64,000 nt of DNA, taken from assembly GCA_977016875.1 (NCBI GenBank), contig CDRNST010000308.1, forward strand, positions 434,001 to 498,000, written 5' to 3'. Shown here one piece after another: positions 1 through 14,800 of the stretch (its first letter is position 1; each line of letters starts with the position of its first letter). Under the pieces are notes generated by a model. That model was not told the origin of the DNA. It saw only the letters and a list, made by a program, of their open reading frames with translations, and did not search any database. The position numbers were made by a program, and so were the translations under genes. The DNA is from Pavona decussata (lineage: Eukaryota).

Positions 1-86
1 TTGGGGGCTTTTACCCGGAATAAAAATTGTGTTTTCAAGTAGCTCGGCCTATAACCGAGGGGGCTTGTAACCAGGATTTTACAGCG

Positions 87-422
87 NNNNNNNNNNNNNN
101 NNNNNNNNNNNNNNNNNNNNNNNNNNNNNNNNNNNNNNNNNNNNNNNNNNNNNNNNNNNNNNNNNNNNNNNNNNNNNNNNNNNNNNNNNNNNNNNNNNNN
201 NNNNNNNNNNNNNNNNNNNNNNNNNNNNNNNNNNNNNNNNNNNNNNNNNNNNNNNNNNNNNNNNNNNNNNNNNNNNNNNNNNNNNNNNNNNNNNNNNNNN
301 NNNNNNNNNNNNNNNNNNNNNNNNNNNNNNNNNNNNNNNNNNNNNNNNNNNNNNNNNNNNNNNNNNNNNNNNNNNNNNNNNNNNNNNNNNNNNNNNNNNN
401 NNNNNNNNNNNNNNNNNNNNNN
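87..422. other. Assembly gap (336 N)
   Basis: Run of N. Confidence 1.
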
Positions 423-909
423 ACTGTTGTAATTTTGCCGGAACACAAAGATGTATTAGATGGAAAATATCGGCGTGATAGGGTTTGACGGTGGAAAACG
501 CACCTCTGACCATGTTTGAAATATGATTGCCGACGAAATATGATTGCCTTTTGATCGCTTTTTACATGATGTACTCATCGTGATGTGCACTGGATTTGTT
601 GGAAACCTTTGAGCCCAAGAAAGAACGCTTATTGGAAACTTGTTAAAGAGAAAATGTAAAACGAGACAGTTCGTTAGAAGGGAACTAAAAAAGAGACAGC
701 GATATCGACATTTTAAAACAAGTTTGTCGTCATCGTTTTTGCTTTAGAAAACAAAGCGTTGTTATGCCTAATTTAAAAATGCTTTTTACAAAATTTTGAG
801 AAGCACCTCCCTGAATGAACGCCGCTATCTAATAACCCCCACCCCCAGTCAATAGCGCAGCGATTTTTTTTTAGTAAATATGGGTTCCCTCTTTGGTTTT
901 GTCAAAATT

Positions 910-2154
910 AGGTATTGACCGGACAAATCCTTGGATCGCCGGACATCTTGTCCGGTCCTTTACCGACTCGTTCAGAGAAATTTTAATTTTCAACGATTTG
1001 ATAATCACGAGGGACAACATTCATGTTTCCGAAAGAAAACAAAACGAATTGACTATGATAAAACTATAGACAAATTAGTGGTCGAGAAATTCCCGGTAGT
1101 CGCAAATTTCCACGATGTCATCAAGTCCTGTCGCGACCGCAACGCGACCGTTATTTTATTTACTTTAGGTGTTCCCAATTAGTAGAGGGTTTTGCCTTTG
1201 GCTAGATAGCATGATTGACTCTTAAATAAAGTGATTGATTATTTGATTGATTGAATGACCGGAGAGCACCCTCACGAAGAATAGTCTCGCTGCACCGAGA
1301 ATACTCCACGTAGCATTTGTTGCAAAGTGCGAAAAGAAAACAAACTATATTCACATTCGTTTATTTGCCATTAACCAAAAAAATACAACATAAATACATT
1401 ATAGACGACACACAATATTCTTACTATACGTTACTTCCGGCACACCCTGCAAAACATGCTTGGTTACTAAGCTTTCTGGTGATTTCATCACTCGATGCAA
1501 CTCAAAAATGGAGCGTATAACACAAAAAGTGGAAGAATAAAGTTGTCTCAAAGGGATTTTAAATGGAAGAAAGTTAGCGAGCGCAACAGTTGTACTTGGA
1601 ATAAGACGCCATGCATTTAATACAATTACATACAGTGCTGCCGAATTTCGAAACCCTTAGACGATATGAATTAAAGTTAAGTGTTTCTTGTTTAAGTTTA
1701 CATTTCAGTTAACTTCTTTTTTCAAATTAATTAAGAGATCGATTGAACCCTTCAGCTTTAATATGTTCTGCACATTTTACTTAAAGTTCAGTTGTAGAAA
1801 TGATGTGTCGATTGCCAAAGTGTTATATTTAATTGTAAGTGATTTTGCCAGATGCAAAGCAAAACGGACAATTGCGGTTGTACGTGTATCTTGCGTAACC
1901 GTTCCACGTACTGAATGCGAGGCTGCTTGTGTAGTAAAGAGTAGTAAAACTATCAACTTGTAATTTTTATTGCCAAACCGACTTGGATTCAGTTGTTTTT
2001 TAGTTATAAAAGGATTACTGTGCAATTTGGTTTCACTATCGCAAGAGTTACGACTGTTAAAATTTGACCGACCAAAAACGGGTAGTGTCCTAGCAAAAAC
2101 ATGTTTGACCGGACAACGTGACCGGCGCCTGCCCGTTAGGTATTTGCAGCCCTG
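910..2154. mobile_element. Probable non-autonomous hAT-like element; only the right terminus is clear
   Basis: Ends ...TATTTGCAGCCCTG; GACCGG(A) subterminal repeats near 917 and 2107; no left TIR found. Confidence 0.35.
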
Positions 2155-2424
2155 AGAGAGAGTAGTGTTAGTTGGATTGCCAGGACTGAAATAGATAACA
2201 ACTTGAAAAAATTAGTTCGTCCTGTTTATTTTGGAGAAAAAAGAACCTGATGATAGTTTGTTCTTCCTAGAAGAAATCACTTCATATTTTTTTCTTGGTG
2301 CTCTAAGAATACGTTGACGTTAAAGAAAAGTTACTTTGTCAAATATTTCAGCCGTTTTGACCAAAACGCCCAAAAATATCCATGTCAGTGCGCCATTAAA
2401 TCCCAATAAAAAATCTCAACATAC

Positions 2425-2803
2425 CTCCGTTTGTAACCAGGCCGACCGACTGAGATAGCCGCCTTGTCCTTGCGGATTGGTCGAAGCGTTCCCGCGCTAC
2501 CAGGTGCAATTGGAGATTCACTCCTTTGATTCGGCGCAGGCTCATGAGCTGACTGGATACATCTCTCAAAGAGATCCGCGAACCAGGGCAGAGAAAACTG
2601 GTACATCACATCAACGCATGCTAAATCCGTGATCACGAAGTACAGCACTGCACCGCGTGTGGCCACAGGAAGGTACTTCTCTCGGCTCAGGTTGATCTTC
2701 TCTTCCGTCTCTTCTGACTGCATCACGCGTGAATGAATAACATCCGCCATTTTCTTGCTGTCATCCAGAGTGGTGATCAAATCTTCATCATCAAGGATGT
2801 TAC
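2425..2803 (-). CDS. Dynein HC exon 52 (GNILDDEDL...YLPVATRG...MYQFSL)
   Basis: 379 nt, phase 1-2, AG|GTATGT donor. Confidence 0.93.
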
Positions 2804-5800
2804 CTGGTGAGCAAAGCAAAATCGAGGTCACGAAGCTGAAAACAAACCTACTAACATCTCTCAATCGAGACAGCGGTTACGAACTACCAGTGCTCTTTTT
2901 GGACATTTTGTCACGTGACTCACACCGCCTCAAGTAGCACCCATACACGTTCCCTTACATTCCCTCCAAGGAGCTTTTGTGGTGAAATTGTATTTACTGT
3001 GCTGTCGTCTTTCTTGTCTAACGAGATGACAGTTAGTAGTCCTGCAAACTAATACAACTGATGCCGACAGATTCCAGATCGAATTGGAATTTGGAAATGT
3101 TGGTTTTTTAGCAGAAGAGAAACCCGGACTAACCAGAGATAAACGTCAAGGAGAATGACGAGAACCAACAAGAAACTCAATCGAGTTTGGACATCGAATC
3201 CGGGTCAAATTAGTGCAGGGGAGGCGAGTGTTCTAACTACTGCGCCATACCTACTGAAGTCGTCATAAAAACCAAAACATGTAGTTGACACACTGACAAG
3301 GCCCCTTACGAAGATTGAAAATAGGGTATTGAAAAGCGTGGGGGTGCTTACCTCGTGAAGAGTGAAGCAAAGACAATGCTCGATCTTCCAATTCTCTCAA
3401 CTTAGACCGATCGGTGACCAGACCCTGCAGTAATTCTCTCCTGCTCTCTTCAAGCTGAGGTCTCTCTTTCTCAACCACGCGTGTCAGCAGCTGGTCCTGC
3501 AGTCCGTCTAGCGTGACAGTGAAGTTGATGACCGTGACTTTAATGCACACTTCAGGTAGGAAGTGAGGATTGGCCAATGGCGAAGTCATGTATAATCGGA
3601 AGTTGCTGTTGTACTCGATCTCGGCGTCTCCGATTAATATGACGGAGTTATTGCCTCGCTGTATGGTGTTTTTGCTTAGTATAGGGTTAAGAGATGGATC
3701 CAGGCTCTCCCCAATATCCTGTAAAAGAGGAAGATACATGACATTCAAATACAGAACTGTTAAGGACGGAAACTCCTGTGCATAGGTTCTGCGCATGTCG
3801 GTATGGTCCGAGCAATGCGGGTTTCGTACGGACGATGCCATATAACGGTATCTTAGCCCAGTTTATGGCAAAGAGGCAAACGCAGACCTTAGCAAGTGAT
3901 ACTGGAATTCAAAAGGAAAATTAAGGTAACCACCGCGCATTTCTCAGAAATAATTAACATTCAATTAGGAACAAATGCCACGCATTATTATGTATTTTAA
4001 AGTATTAGGATACCACGCAAGACGGGAGACTGGGGTTAGTAGGGCTGTGACGTCAATACAGGAATGCTAGTCTAGCGATTTCTCTATTCCTCAGTTGTTG
4101 TTCGTGTGCAGAGGAAGAAAACTGTTTGGACGAAAATATTAATGGAAATGGTGAATACTTAGAATAAAACAACTGAAGAATGGAGAAACCGCGAGGCTAA
4201 CCGTTCCTGTATTGACGTCATAGCCCTACTATCCCCAGTCTTGCGCTGTATTGCCCCAACTGGAAGTGGAATATAACGCTTTTTTGCCTTAAAAAAAAAA
4301 GGGGGGGGGGAAGAAAAATTGATAAGGGATTTTTTTTCGATTTTCATACAAGAAAAACATTAGCATTTGGTAGGAAAAAAATCTGTCATATACACTTTAA
4401 AGCCACAGAGTTAAAAAAAAAAGTTCGATACACTTCGTGCAAAAGGAAGTCATTCTTCACATAAATCATAGCACTTTAGGATTCCATACACGGACTCGCT
4501 AACTGGAGTACTTTCTAGTAAAGCGTAATGACAATTTACTGGTACCAAAATACTGTGCTACTCCGGGAGCTCATGAGCTCCTGGTTAATTAAAAGCCTTC
4601 AAAAAGATTGTTACTGTTTGGGATTCTATTTACAAATTCTAAATTTAGAACCACAAGGGGTTGAAACAAATAACACTACGATCCAACACTTGCAACAAGC
4701 AAAACAGTCTTACCTCAACCAACACTGGTTGTCCTAGTGGAATTGCGCTTTCCAACGTCCTAATATAACTCGGATCTGATGCCTTGACAATCTTGAGCCC
4801 GTTATCCTTTTCGGTCTGCGTAATCCAATGTGAGGCTTGCTCCTGCGGGTCGATCAAGAGTGGCCAGCGGCGACAGTGCTTCATGAGTACGGCATTCTCA
4901 ACAGAGTGTTTATCATGCGGCAGGCCCTTGTTAAACCACTTCTGAATTTCGATTGGTTCGGACAGGAAGTCCGTCAGTTCGAAGTTCTCGGAGACTGGGA
5001 TGTTTTCTGTTCTGCATAGCTCCAACCAGTGCGAGAGAAGCCGGTTTCTGTACGATGACGTGAAGGCACCGAGGTAAGCCACAGCCGCTGATGACACTAG
5101 CGTATCCCCAATCAAACCCCCAGCGCGCTGTTCTTGGGAATTAACTGACTTTTTCCAGCGAACCTGTGGAATTACAGTCAAGAAAACTCAAAATGACACC
5201 TCTACAGCAAAAACTAGTTTTCAAGTACTCATCTACATATTCTAAGGCCGAGGACAAACGCATTCAAAACTGCAGAAGTCAAAATCGTAAGTTTTTCGGC
5301 CACTCTGTTTAGTGATGTCATGCCCCATACATTTGTTTGAGGCAAAGGACTTGTGGCAGTAGACCGATCAAAAGCTAAGGTCGGTAGTGTTACAGCTGAC
5401 AAGTTCTACGGTGCTTTACACAGGTGAGAAAAATTCATCACAAACCAAGCTTCTAAAAATTAAACAGAGTGGTATGGGAATGATTAGGTAATTCTAACAT
5501 ATGTTAGAACATATGCTATATTCAAATTCAATTGTAAGTAATCATGACAAAGCAAAGCAAATACAGCAGTTTGATGAATTCCACAGGGACCAGAGGACAA
5601 AAGAGCACCCCGGAGAAACGTGGAGGCATATCCACATGTCAAAGGAATCAAATGAATTGCGTCAAAGTCAACAGCCCACAAAGAAACCATTGAAATCATT
5701 GGTTTTGAAGTTATGATCTACGAGAAACAAAAATTTAAAAGGGTCATTTGTTCAGTTCGTTCGTCCCCACACTGGCGAGGGCTCCTTGTGACAGTTTAGG

Positions 5801-8800
5801 GGAACCTGTGGAAGAAACCAAAGCATAAATGGTTACCACCCCTTTCTTCACACACTGTACCTGTTCCTCTGCTAGGGATGCCGTCAGTACTGAAGCCCTC
5901 TGCAGCCTCATAATGGTAAGCTCCTTCTTTTGTCTGAGCTCTTCCAGTTGTGCTACACTGTCATCGTACTGCTGCTGCAATAACTGGAGCTGTTCTTGAA
6001 TTTTTAGCAAACTCGTCTAACGGAGGTAAAAATTAAATCAGTTAGTTACTTTCCTTCGTTTTGGGAGAATGACGCGAAAAACATCGAAAAATTCATTCAA
6101 GCCGTACTGTTGTTTTCTCGTACAAAATGGTTGTAAGTGGTTGAAATGAGTGAAAGCGTGTGCATAAATGAAACTATATGGCAACATAAAATAAAATAAC
6201 TCATTCAAGGGTTGATGCATTTAGCCCAGAGCACTAATTGAGACAGATCCAATTGGAATTTCGAAATTTTGGAGGTTTGGGGGTCATTGAGGGAGGGGAA
6301 AACAGGAGTACACGAGTACCCAATTCCTACGATACTGTTTATCATAATTGGATGAATCACGCTCAGAAATGAAAGCTACTGAACAGTACTTTCCTATGGT
6401 GCTGTTTCAGTATTATGCTGTACAAGGTGGTTCTAACTTTTGAGTCTGTGGATGACATCCTAAAGTGTGACCATTCAAATGAAAGCTGGTGGGCAGTACT
6501 TTCCTATGGTGCTGTTTATCACGCTGTATAAGGTGGTTCAAACTTTTGAATCTGTGGATAAAACACTAAAGGGTGACCACTAAAGAGCAACTGAGCAACA
6601 GTTTCCGTCTGTACTGTTTGTACCGTTTAGTGCTATCCTCTTTCTGAGCATGGCTATCTTAAAAGCGTTAACAAAATCAAAAGTTGTACCTGCTTTTCTT
6701 GTAAGTTTTCTTTGGCGATCGCCAGAGCAGACTGCGCCTCTTCGCATCGCCTCTGTTTTGGTTGAACAATCTTGTACACCTCAGCATAATTCTCCAGCGC
6801 TAGCACCCACTGACACATGGACTTGCAAGCGACTGATATCTTTCCAACAGCCTCAGGATTGAACTCCGGGTGCTGGGTGTACCGCTTTAGACGAGTGAAT
6901 ACCTGCAAGATAAAACACGCTCACCAAGGGCACCAATCAGGAATGGGAATGGGAATGGCGTTTTGGTGCGTTGTAGGAGGCAGTTTAATAGTATACTGGG
7001 AATCGTTAGAATGGTACTCAATGCCTTTCCATGCCTTCTGTTATTTGGGGTGGAATGAAGAGAGTGAAAAAGCTTGCATTCCGCCCTCGGAACAGTGGTT
7101 TTTATTGTATTTAATAATCGTATATTCCAATCATTCTAATCATTCCTCTGCTGTTCATTTTTATTCTCAGAAGAGACCAAAATACACGCCCTAAAGGTGC
7201 AATTTTACATCTGTACACTTTCAGTTACAACAAAATTTATGGGACCGGACGCATTCTGTAAGTGTTCACTACAACAAATATTCAAGTCTGACCACACCAC
7301 TGCACATATAACTTTATGTAAATAAGATAACTTTATCATATCGCATTCAGGATATCTCTAGTGCAAAAAACAATCCCAAATTTATTTACAAGTGATAACT
7401 CATATAAAAGCCTTATTATTAAACTGAAGTACACTAAGTTAGTACTATTAACGTTTTTCGATACACTGATGGTTAGTTGTAACCAAATGTAGCCTATAAA
7501 TTACAGGCACTCGGAAACAAATCGATTTTGAAAAATCCACTACACTTACCACGTCAAATACACCATTTTCCAAAACCAACCACAAGATTATTTATTTCAG
7601 TTTGCAAAGTCATGGTTAAGACTGTGGGTAACTCACCTTATCCGGGACACTGTTCTTGTCATAACCTACAAGCTTCTTCAGAAACCCCGAATCACCCAGC
7701 AGCAGTTTAGCTGAGTTCCAGTCAGGCTTTTGTTGCAGCAGGACACACACCGCCGACAGTACAGTCATGACCATGGTCGGAGGCTTGGTGTACACACGGA
7801 TCTCAGATATGTCCGATTTGTCCAATGCGTCTAAGGCGGCAATAGCTGCCTCTAGCTGCGGCAGTGCTCCCTCTAGGTCCCTCTGGGCTTCCTCTGCTAT
7901 CGCCTGCACCCTCGTGGCCTCCTCATTCATGATTTCCTCCTCTTTTTGTACCACGCTATGAACTTGATCCACTGCTTCTTGGTCGCTGGCAAGCTGCTCC
8001 AGGAGCTTTTCTGTGTCCTGTTTGTGAAGAAAAAGAGAGACGGAGTAAAACAAGGAAGGTTGAAGGGTGAACTCCTTTAACCACCAATGGTGACCAGCAT
8101 CTGATTTGTACCTACAAAATCAACACTTTATCAAATCACGAAACAAAGCAAATGATCACCAAATGCCTTCATGTTTCTAAAATGGGAATGATAACAGGAA
8201 TTTACAATGGCATATTCACAGAGTGCAGTAAAGTAGCAGCTGTCGTAAGCTTGTAACTGTTTTAATTGTGTAGCAGCTGCTATTGTTTTCAGGGTTGGGA
8301 GTATTGTTCTGTTGTTTGTTTTATTGTTTTATAGACGAGTTGCTTTACTGTCCCTAAGAAAAGTAAGGGACTGCTTGTAGTTTGATTTCCCAGAACATCA
8401 TCCCTTTTGGAATAAGACCATTTGTGGGGAGCTGGGATGGCGCAGTGGTGAGAGCACTCGCCTCTCACCAATGTGGCCCGGGTTCGATTCCCGGACTCGG
8501 CGTCATATGTGGGTTGGTTTGTTGTTGGTTCTCGTCTTTGCTCCGAGAGGTTTTTCTCCGAGTACTCCGGTTTTCTCCTCTCCTCAAAAACCAACACTTC
8601 TAAATTCCAATTCGATTTGGGGTGCCCCCAGTAAGTGCTCAGCGCTAAAGACATTGACACTTAAATAAAGTAATGATATCAAGACGCCATGTAATTGGAG
8701 CACATTTACTTAAGAACTTCGCTCAGAACGTCTTAGAGAATAAAACTGGCGAAAACAGGAGGATTACATAATCCACATACCTTAGCCTTCTGCTCTAGTT

Positions 8801-11800
8801 TAGGTCCAAGCTGTAGCAGCTCTGTCTGCATGGTACCTACCAAAGAATTGGACTCAGAAAGCTTCCATAGTCCTGTGCACAGCCTGTCACGATTGAAACT
8901 AAACTCAGCTCGCTTCTCATTCAACTTGGACAGATACAGCCGTACGAACTCCATGTAACTTGTAGGTGTGGTGTAATACCGCCGATGCAACTCATCATAA
9001 AACTTCTGTGTTTCCTCTTCGACGCTCCTGTAAACCTCAACGAAGACTTTGGACACGCTTGCCATCAAAGCGCTGTTCACCTTGCGTTCTTTGCTCAGCT
9101 CTGATGCCGCGAGAAACGAAATCGCTACCGACTGCAGAGCGTCCAGGGGCCATTTGTCAAACCAATCGATAGTACAACAATTTATTAGGGGTGGGTAAAG
9201 GCGGCAACGTCGGCGGAAACTTGTCCCCGCGGGAGTGGTGGAAAGTACCAAGTGTAGCTTTTGTTTGACGCGTTGAAGGAAGAACTGGAAGATTGCCTCC
9301 TTCGTGTCCGGAATTCCTTGGTTTATGGCGTCTTTTTTAAGATCCAAAGAGATACGCTCGAGATCTTCGTGATCGAAGAGAGCCGGGAAGTCACCATCAC
9401 TTAGAACACTGGTGACATCTTCAAGGAACTCATCCTACAGGAAGAACCAAAGATATAATCAAGTCACACGGAGGAAAGAATAGAATACTTATAGCCAGAT
9501 GAAATTGTTAACCATCAAAACACTTTTGATGCTGAATAGCCCTTTTAAGTGCAGGAAACTAAGTTCGTTGTCATTAGCTGAAAAAGGCTGAAGAAGTCAA
9601 GGTGAAAGAGCATTCTTGCTGTTTACAATATTCAACGGTATGTTACTGTACAACACCGTCAAACGATTAGTACAGTCAGCTGTTATTTTTTCCAGGAGGA
9701 GAAAAATGTGGGTTCCGAGCTAAGACATTTTGTCAACCCACTTTTCTCGCTTGCCCCTCCCCTTCACAACTACCCCATGTTTGTTTTAGTTACGCTGATG
9801 AATTAAAAAAATAATAAAAATAATAAAAAGGAAGATAAAGAAAACAAAGAAACAAAAAAAATTGCAGATTGTATCAGCGCTCGGACGATTATAGTACCAA
9901 AATATTTATCCAAGAACCGTTAAAGAGATTAACCTTACAAAAGCGAGCTCTGTTTACCTTCACCAAATTATCCGTCAGAAAGAGCACAGTGTTGTCCCCT
10001 TTTACACCAGCCCGCATACATGCCTTCTTGAGATCATCTCTAAACTCCAACAGATTGTATGTGCGTGACACAAACGGTCTTAAGAACACGCAATCCTCGA
10101 TTAGCGCCGCTAGCTTAGCGACCGTGGCTTTGCCCGTGCCCCCTACCCCCACCATGTGCATGTGCTTCCCTGGCTGACGAAAGACGCGGGCTGCTCGGGT
10201 CACGTGCTGGATTGCCATGTCGAAGAACACAAAACGATGCTCGACGCTACCCCCTGAAAGATTGGCTTTGTCGTAGTATTCCTTGTAAGAATAAAAAAAA
10301 GAAAAAAGGAATGAATGTATCTTTCACTTTTGTGTGCAGATCGCTCTCTATTATAACGACAGGAGTAAAATTTATACGAAACTGCATCCGGGACCCGAGT
10401 GGCGTATTTTCCATATTCTCACTAGTGAGGATATTGATGACGTCATTTCCCGCTTTTTCACGGTTGTTCGTGCAAACAGTTGGTGAAAAATGGCGAGCGA
10501 TAGATTTGTCTATATAATAAAAAGGACACTACACGATGGCTTGAAGGTATGAATTTTATTTTCTCGTGTTGAAAACAGTATCTTACTCGCTGAGATCTTC
10601 GTAAAATATTGTTTTCACCACTCGAAATAGCATTCACATCTTCGCGCCGCTGTGTAATATCCTCTATATATCTTTACCATTTATGTACAAACGAGTGAAA
10701 ATTAAATTGATACTATCCAAAAAAATATCTAATGAGAGATTCATTATCCAACTCAAACTTTTCCATAAGTTAGTAGCAAAGAAAACTACAAAGAAAACCT
10801 GAGAGACGATGAGTACGCGCCATTAGCAAACCAGGTTTTGGTATATTCGTACTCCTTTTACTTGTTTACACGCTATTCCAACAATATTAAGTAAAGCTGG
10901 GTAATAAATAACACCTATATTCGATAACTTGTTCTCTTGTTATTATGTTATTATGTTGACAAACGTTTACACCTAAACGACGGCTTCTACAAACAGTTTA
11001 TCCAATGTAAACTGCATTCTTGAAGAAAGGCAATTTTCATTCGCTGGTAATATAGTGACCTTGTAGAAACTCTAACGAAATTACTGGTACAGAGAAAACA
11101 ACATGGCGACATCAATTAGTGTCTTAGGGTTCACTGGAGGCTGTGTGAAGATTGTAACGATTTAACGACGACAGGGAGCCTTACTTTAGTGTTTCAGTCT
11201 TGTGTCAAAGATAGCCTAGGTAGAAAGAAGAATCAGAAGCCTCATTGAAAACAAAAAAGGATCAATAAGAACCCTTAAAGTTTAAAAGAAAACTAAAGAG
11301 AACAAAAATTTAGTATTTTGCCAAACGGACGAAACAATTTTCGGCCGGTAAATAGGGAAAACTCACCTCTAAAATCTGTGGTAATCGCTCGTACTGCCTA
11401 ACAAAGCGGTACGCTCGAGGTCCCCCTTGAGTTGCGCCAGCTTCAAGAAAGTCTCCAAATATCAAAGGCGTTTTCTCCAACTCTTCCGGGCCCCAGCGAG
11501 CTTTGAACCCATTACGAAGCTGATCAGAAAGGACTCTATAGAAGTATCGTCGGTCGGCATCATTCGTGAGACGATCGTGCAAAACTCGGGAGGCTTCGTG
11601 GCCGAGAAGCTGGCAGCAGTGATCACGTGATGTGATGACGCTAGGATGCGCTTGAAGTAAGCCTTCTATCACCTGAAAGGAAACAACACACATGACTTAA
11701 TAATTTTGTAGCTGGTGTAAAGTTCACTTAGGTTTATGAAATGTATATAGCATATTTATTTAATTAGTGAAAATGGACTCAACATGAAAAAGAATATTAA

Positions 11801-14800
11801 CAACAAGATTGGGTGGACTAACTTAGGTTAGTAGAAAGTTCATTGATTTTGCTAACCGAGAGAGTTGAGTTTGATAGCGTCATTTAATTCATACTCTGGA
11901 TTGGAAAATCCTTACAAACTTAAATATTTTAAAAGTATCATGAAACAATAATAACATTTTTACTTGACAGCCAGTCAACATAGTGACACATTTTAAGAAG
12001 ACAAACGCCTGGACGACTCCAGCCTCTATCCTTAACACCATTCTGTTACTTTCCGATCACTTATGTTGCACAAAGCTAGCAAACGACCTGTTTAGCGAAA
12101 AATGTCCCAGACAATTTCACTTACTTTGCTGAGGTCTCGTAGATTAAAGGTGTAATGAGATTTAGCAGGGGTAGGGAGTAGGTTTGCTTTGAGGTTAAAG
12201 TAGATTTCCATGGCGGTCGTCACCAGGACCTGGCAGCAGTCCCGAACATCGGGGGTAAAGTCTACCTTCTCGAGGAAACGCCCCAGCTGGGTGGTGTAAA
12301 TATGATGCAGCCAGTTGTACGAGGGAGGGGGCAGGCAAAGCACACTGAAAACAATACAAAATGAATAAAGAAACAACAGTATGGAACAGTGTGAAACGAG
12401 AAAAGCGTTTTAGGAGAGAGAAAGAATCTTCCCTTCCCGGGCCTTACGTTCGCTGACAATAAGTAGACAGCCCGGTGAGCTCCCCCCCCCCCCCTTCCCC
12501 CTCCTCCCCTAGATTCGGGTGAATAGCTCTTATTCGCTTCGTTGTTTTGTTAACCCATTCCAGATCGTGTAACGGTACTCTAGAAAGTAGTCTCTCTTAT
12601 AATTGGTCATAATTAGGCTGGTGTACACTTTTTTACTTCCAAAAAGATAAAGGATCAATTCTCCTGAGAATATCACGTGGTTTGTAATGGGCAATTAGCA
12701 TAAAGAGCGAATAAGGTTTATTGGGGTCGCATAACATTCGCTTTTCGCCTGTTTACGTAAATTTGTACTTCTTCTTCAAGCCGAGAAGTGAGCCTTAGCT
12801 ACGAACTCGTAACGAGAGAGGCAACAGTCACACAAAGATTACAACGAAAAATTAAAGAAAACATTCACTAGTTAAATATCCCCTGCAATTTCAAAAAAAG
12901 AGCTTGTCCTGGATGGATAAAAGTCCACCTTCGTCATTTGTACGCGAAAACCTCAATGAACAAGTTGCCCGTTAATACCTTTGTTGACAATTATCCACCT
13001 GTTTGCCACCCAAACAATGACAACTGTAATAGTGAATACATGAAAATACTTATATTTAAACTGCGGAAGAAAGTATGAATAAGTGAATGACCATCACAGT
13101 TATAAACACAACTTAAGCAGTTGCGAAAAGAAAGCCTGAATTTTTTTTTTCGCAACTGCTTAAAATGCGTATATAGGTTCGATGAGCATTTACTTATTCA
13201 TTAATATCTTATGTATAAAACATTTACGGAAAGAATATAAAGAAGAAATAAAATAATAAGAAAGAGCGGCCAGGAAGCATAAAAAAGCTATAGCGCTCAC
13301 AATAATTAGGCTCCTTCGAACAGCTACTATTTCTTTACCTGAAATGTCTCAACAGCCGATCATTGATCGTACTTCTACCACCCCCTGGGGGAGCACAAGC
13401 AGCTAGCAGTGTGACGTCATGAACCTCCTTCCATTGAAGTTTGTTTGAGTCATAGAATCCTCTAGAGTCCAGGAACTGACGAAGCAATTCGAGTGGGGGC
13501 TGGGACTGATATTGGTCTGGCTGAGGCATGTTGAGATCGTCGACAAATATTAAAACCTGTGTGAAGATAATAAGCAGTTTGCAAACAGCATTACCTGTTT
13601 TAACACGACCTGTGGTTTACAGACAGTACCACCTGTATGTACACAATACCTTCACTGTATGTCTTGCCTGTGTAAATACGACGGGTGTTTCGGGGACATA
13701 ATCTCAACATTTCTAAAATTGGAACCCAAGTGTTTTCCAATGCCTTGTAAGTAGGCGAGGCTAGGGATAATAGACCGGAAGATCCTAAAAAATTGAGATC
13801 AATGAAACTTCGGAGTTTATAAGCGTACCTTATATGAGTAAGTGCTCAGAAGAAGGATGAGGGAGGGGGGGGGGGGGGGGGGGCTTCAAGACGATTAGCG
13901 TCACTAAACGTACCTTTTTGCCTGGTCTGGGTCCCAGAACATCTCTTCCTCTTTTCACCAGCTTAGATTCAATGAAACTCCGTGCTTTAGCTGAGCTTGT
14001 GTATGCTGAGAAGTGCATGGAGTGGAAAACAACCTCAGTATCATTTCCTTCCCCTTTCATGCCTTCACGCTCACTAGTGGTCATGTCAATTATGCTGTCC
14101 ACCAGATTCTTTCTTCCCGTTCGAAACACAGCGCCCAGAATGGTTCCCGTGCTTGTTCCCGTTCCGCCTGCTTGAGACAGTCGAACCAAGGTGTCTTGGA
14201 TCAAAGCACTCTTGCCGACGCCTGTTTCTCCGGTTAACAAAACCGGTTGTCCGTTCAATGACATCAACGTGATCAGAAAAGCGTAACGAACCGTGTCTAC
14301 AGTTGGCACAAGAGACCGGTCTATTTCAATTTGGTTTTTCAATGGCGGTGGGTCATCGAGGGTGTTGAACGTGTCTGAGATAGCAAACTGGTTTGAAACG
14401 GCTTTAGCTATTAATGCACGCGCGGTGGGAACTAAATTGCTCCAAAGGGCGAACTGGCCGTTCTCCATATCAAGGTAGTAGTTCGCGATGCTATCGTTTC
14501 CCGGCGGAAGTTTAACACCTATTGGAGTGTCAGTTTCAAAAAGCTCGCGAACCAAAGTGTCAAAGAGTTGCCAGACAGAAGGCGCATTTTTGTCAAAGCT
14601 ATCTCCCACGTCTTCGTCTTCCACAAAGTCTCGAGAAAGAAGATTTCCACCAAACGACCACGTGAAGGCAAAAACAAACACCTTCCCTAAGAAACTGAGA
14701 AGCTGTGAAGGATGGCGTTGGATGAACGGCAATCGCCGAGTACGCGATTCGTGCTCAGACTCGTCGGCAAATGTGACAGTTTTGGCCGAAGTGGTTTCCG

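Noticed and set aside
27-513. ORFs containing X runs
   Set aside because: Artefacts of the N gap.
8426-8505. Functional tRNA gene (also at 26455-26515 and 32100-32160)
   Set aside because: A/B boxes are present but there is no clean cloverleaf, and each continues into a repeat body, so they are SINE-like.
10120-10150. AAA4 P-loop GVGGTGKAT lacking GK[S/T] as a sign of pseudogenisation
   Set aside because: Degenerate AAA4 P-loops (for example GKQS) are normal in axonemal dyneins, and the reading frame is intact throughout.
13861-13883. Long G/C homopolymers (also near 12482, 29032, 34833, 41552, 49460) as regulatory G-quadruplexes
   Set aside because: Scattered, often inside MITEs, and prone to sequencing error; no positional pattern.
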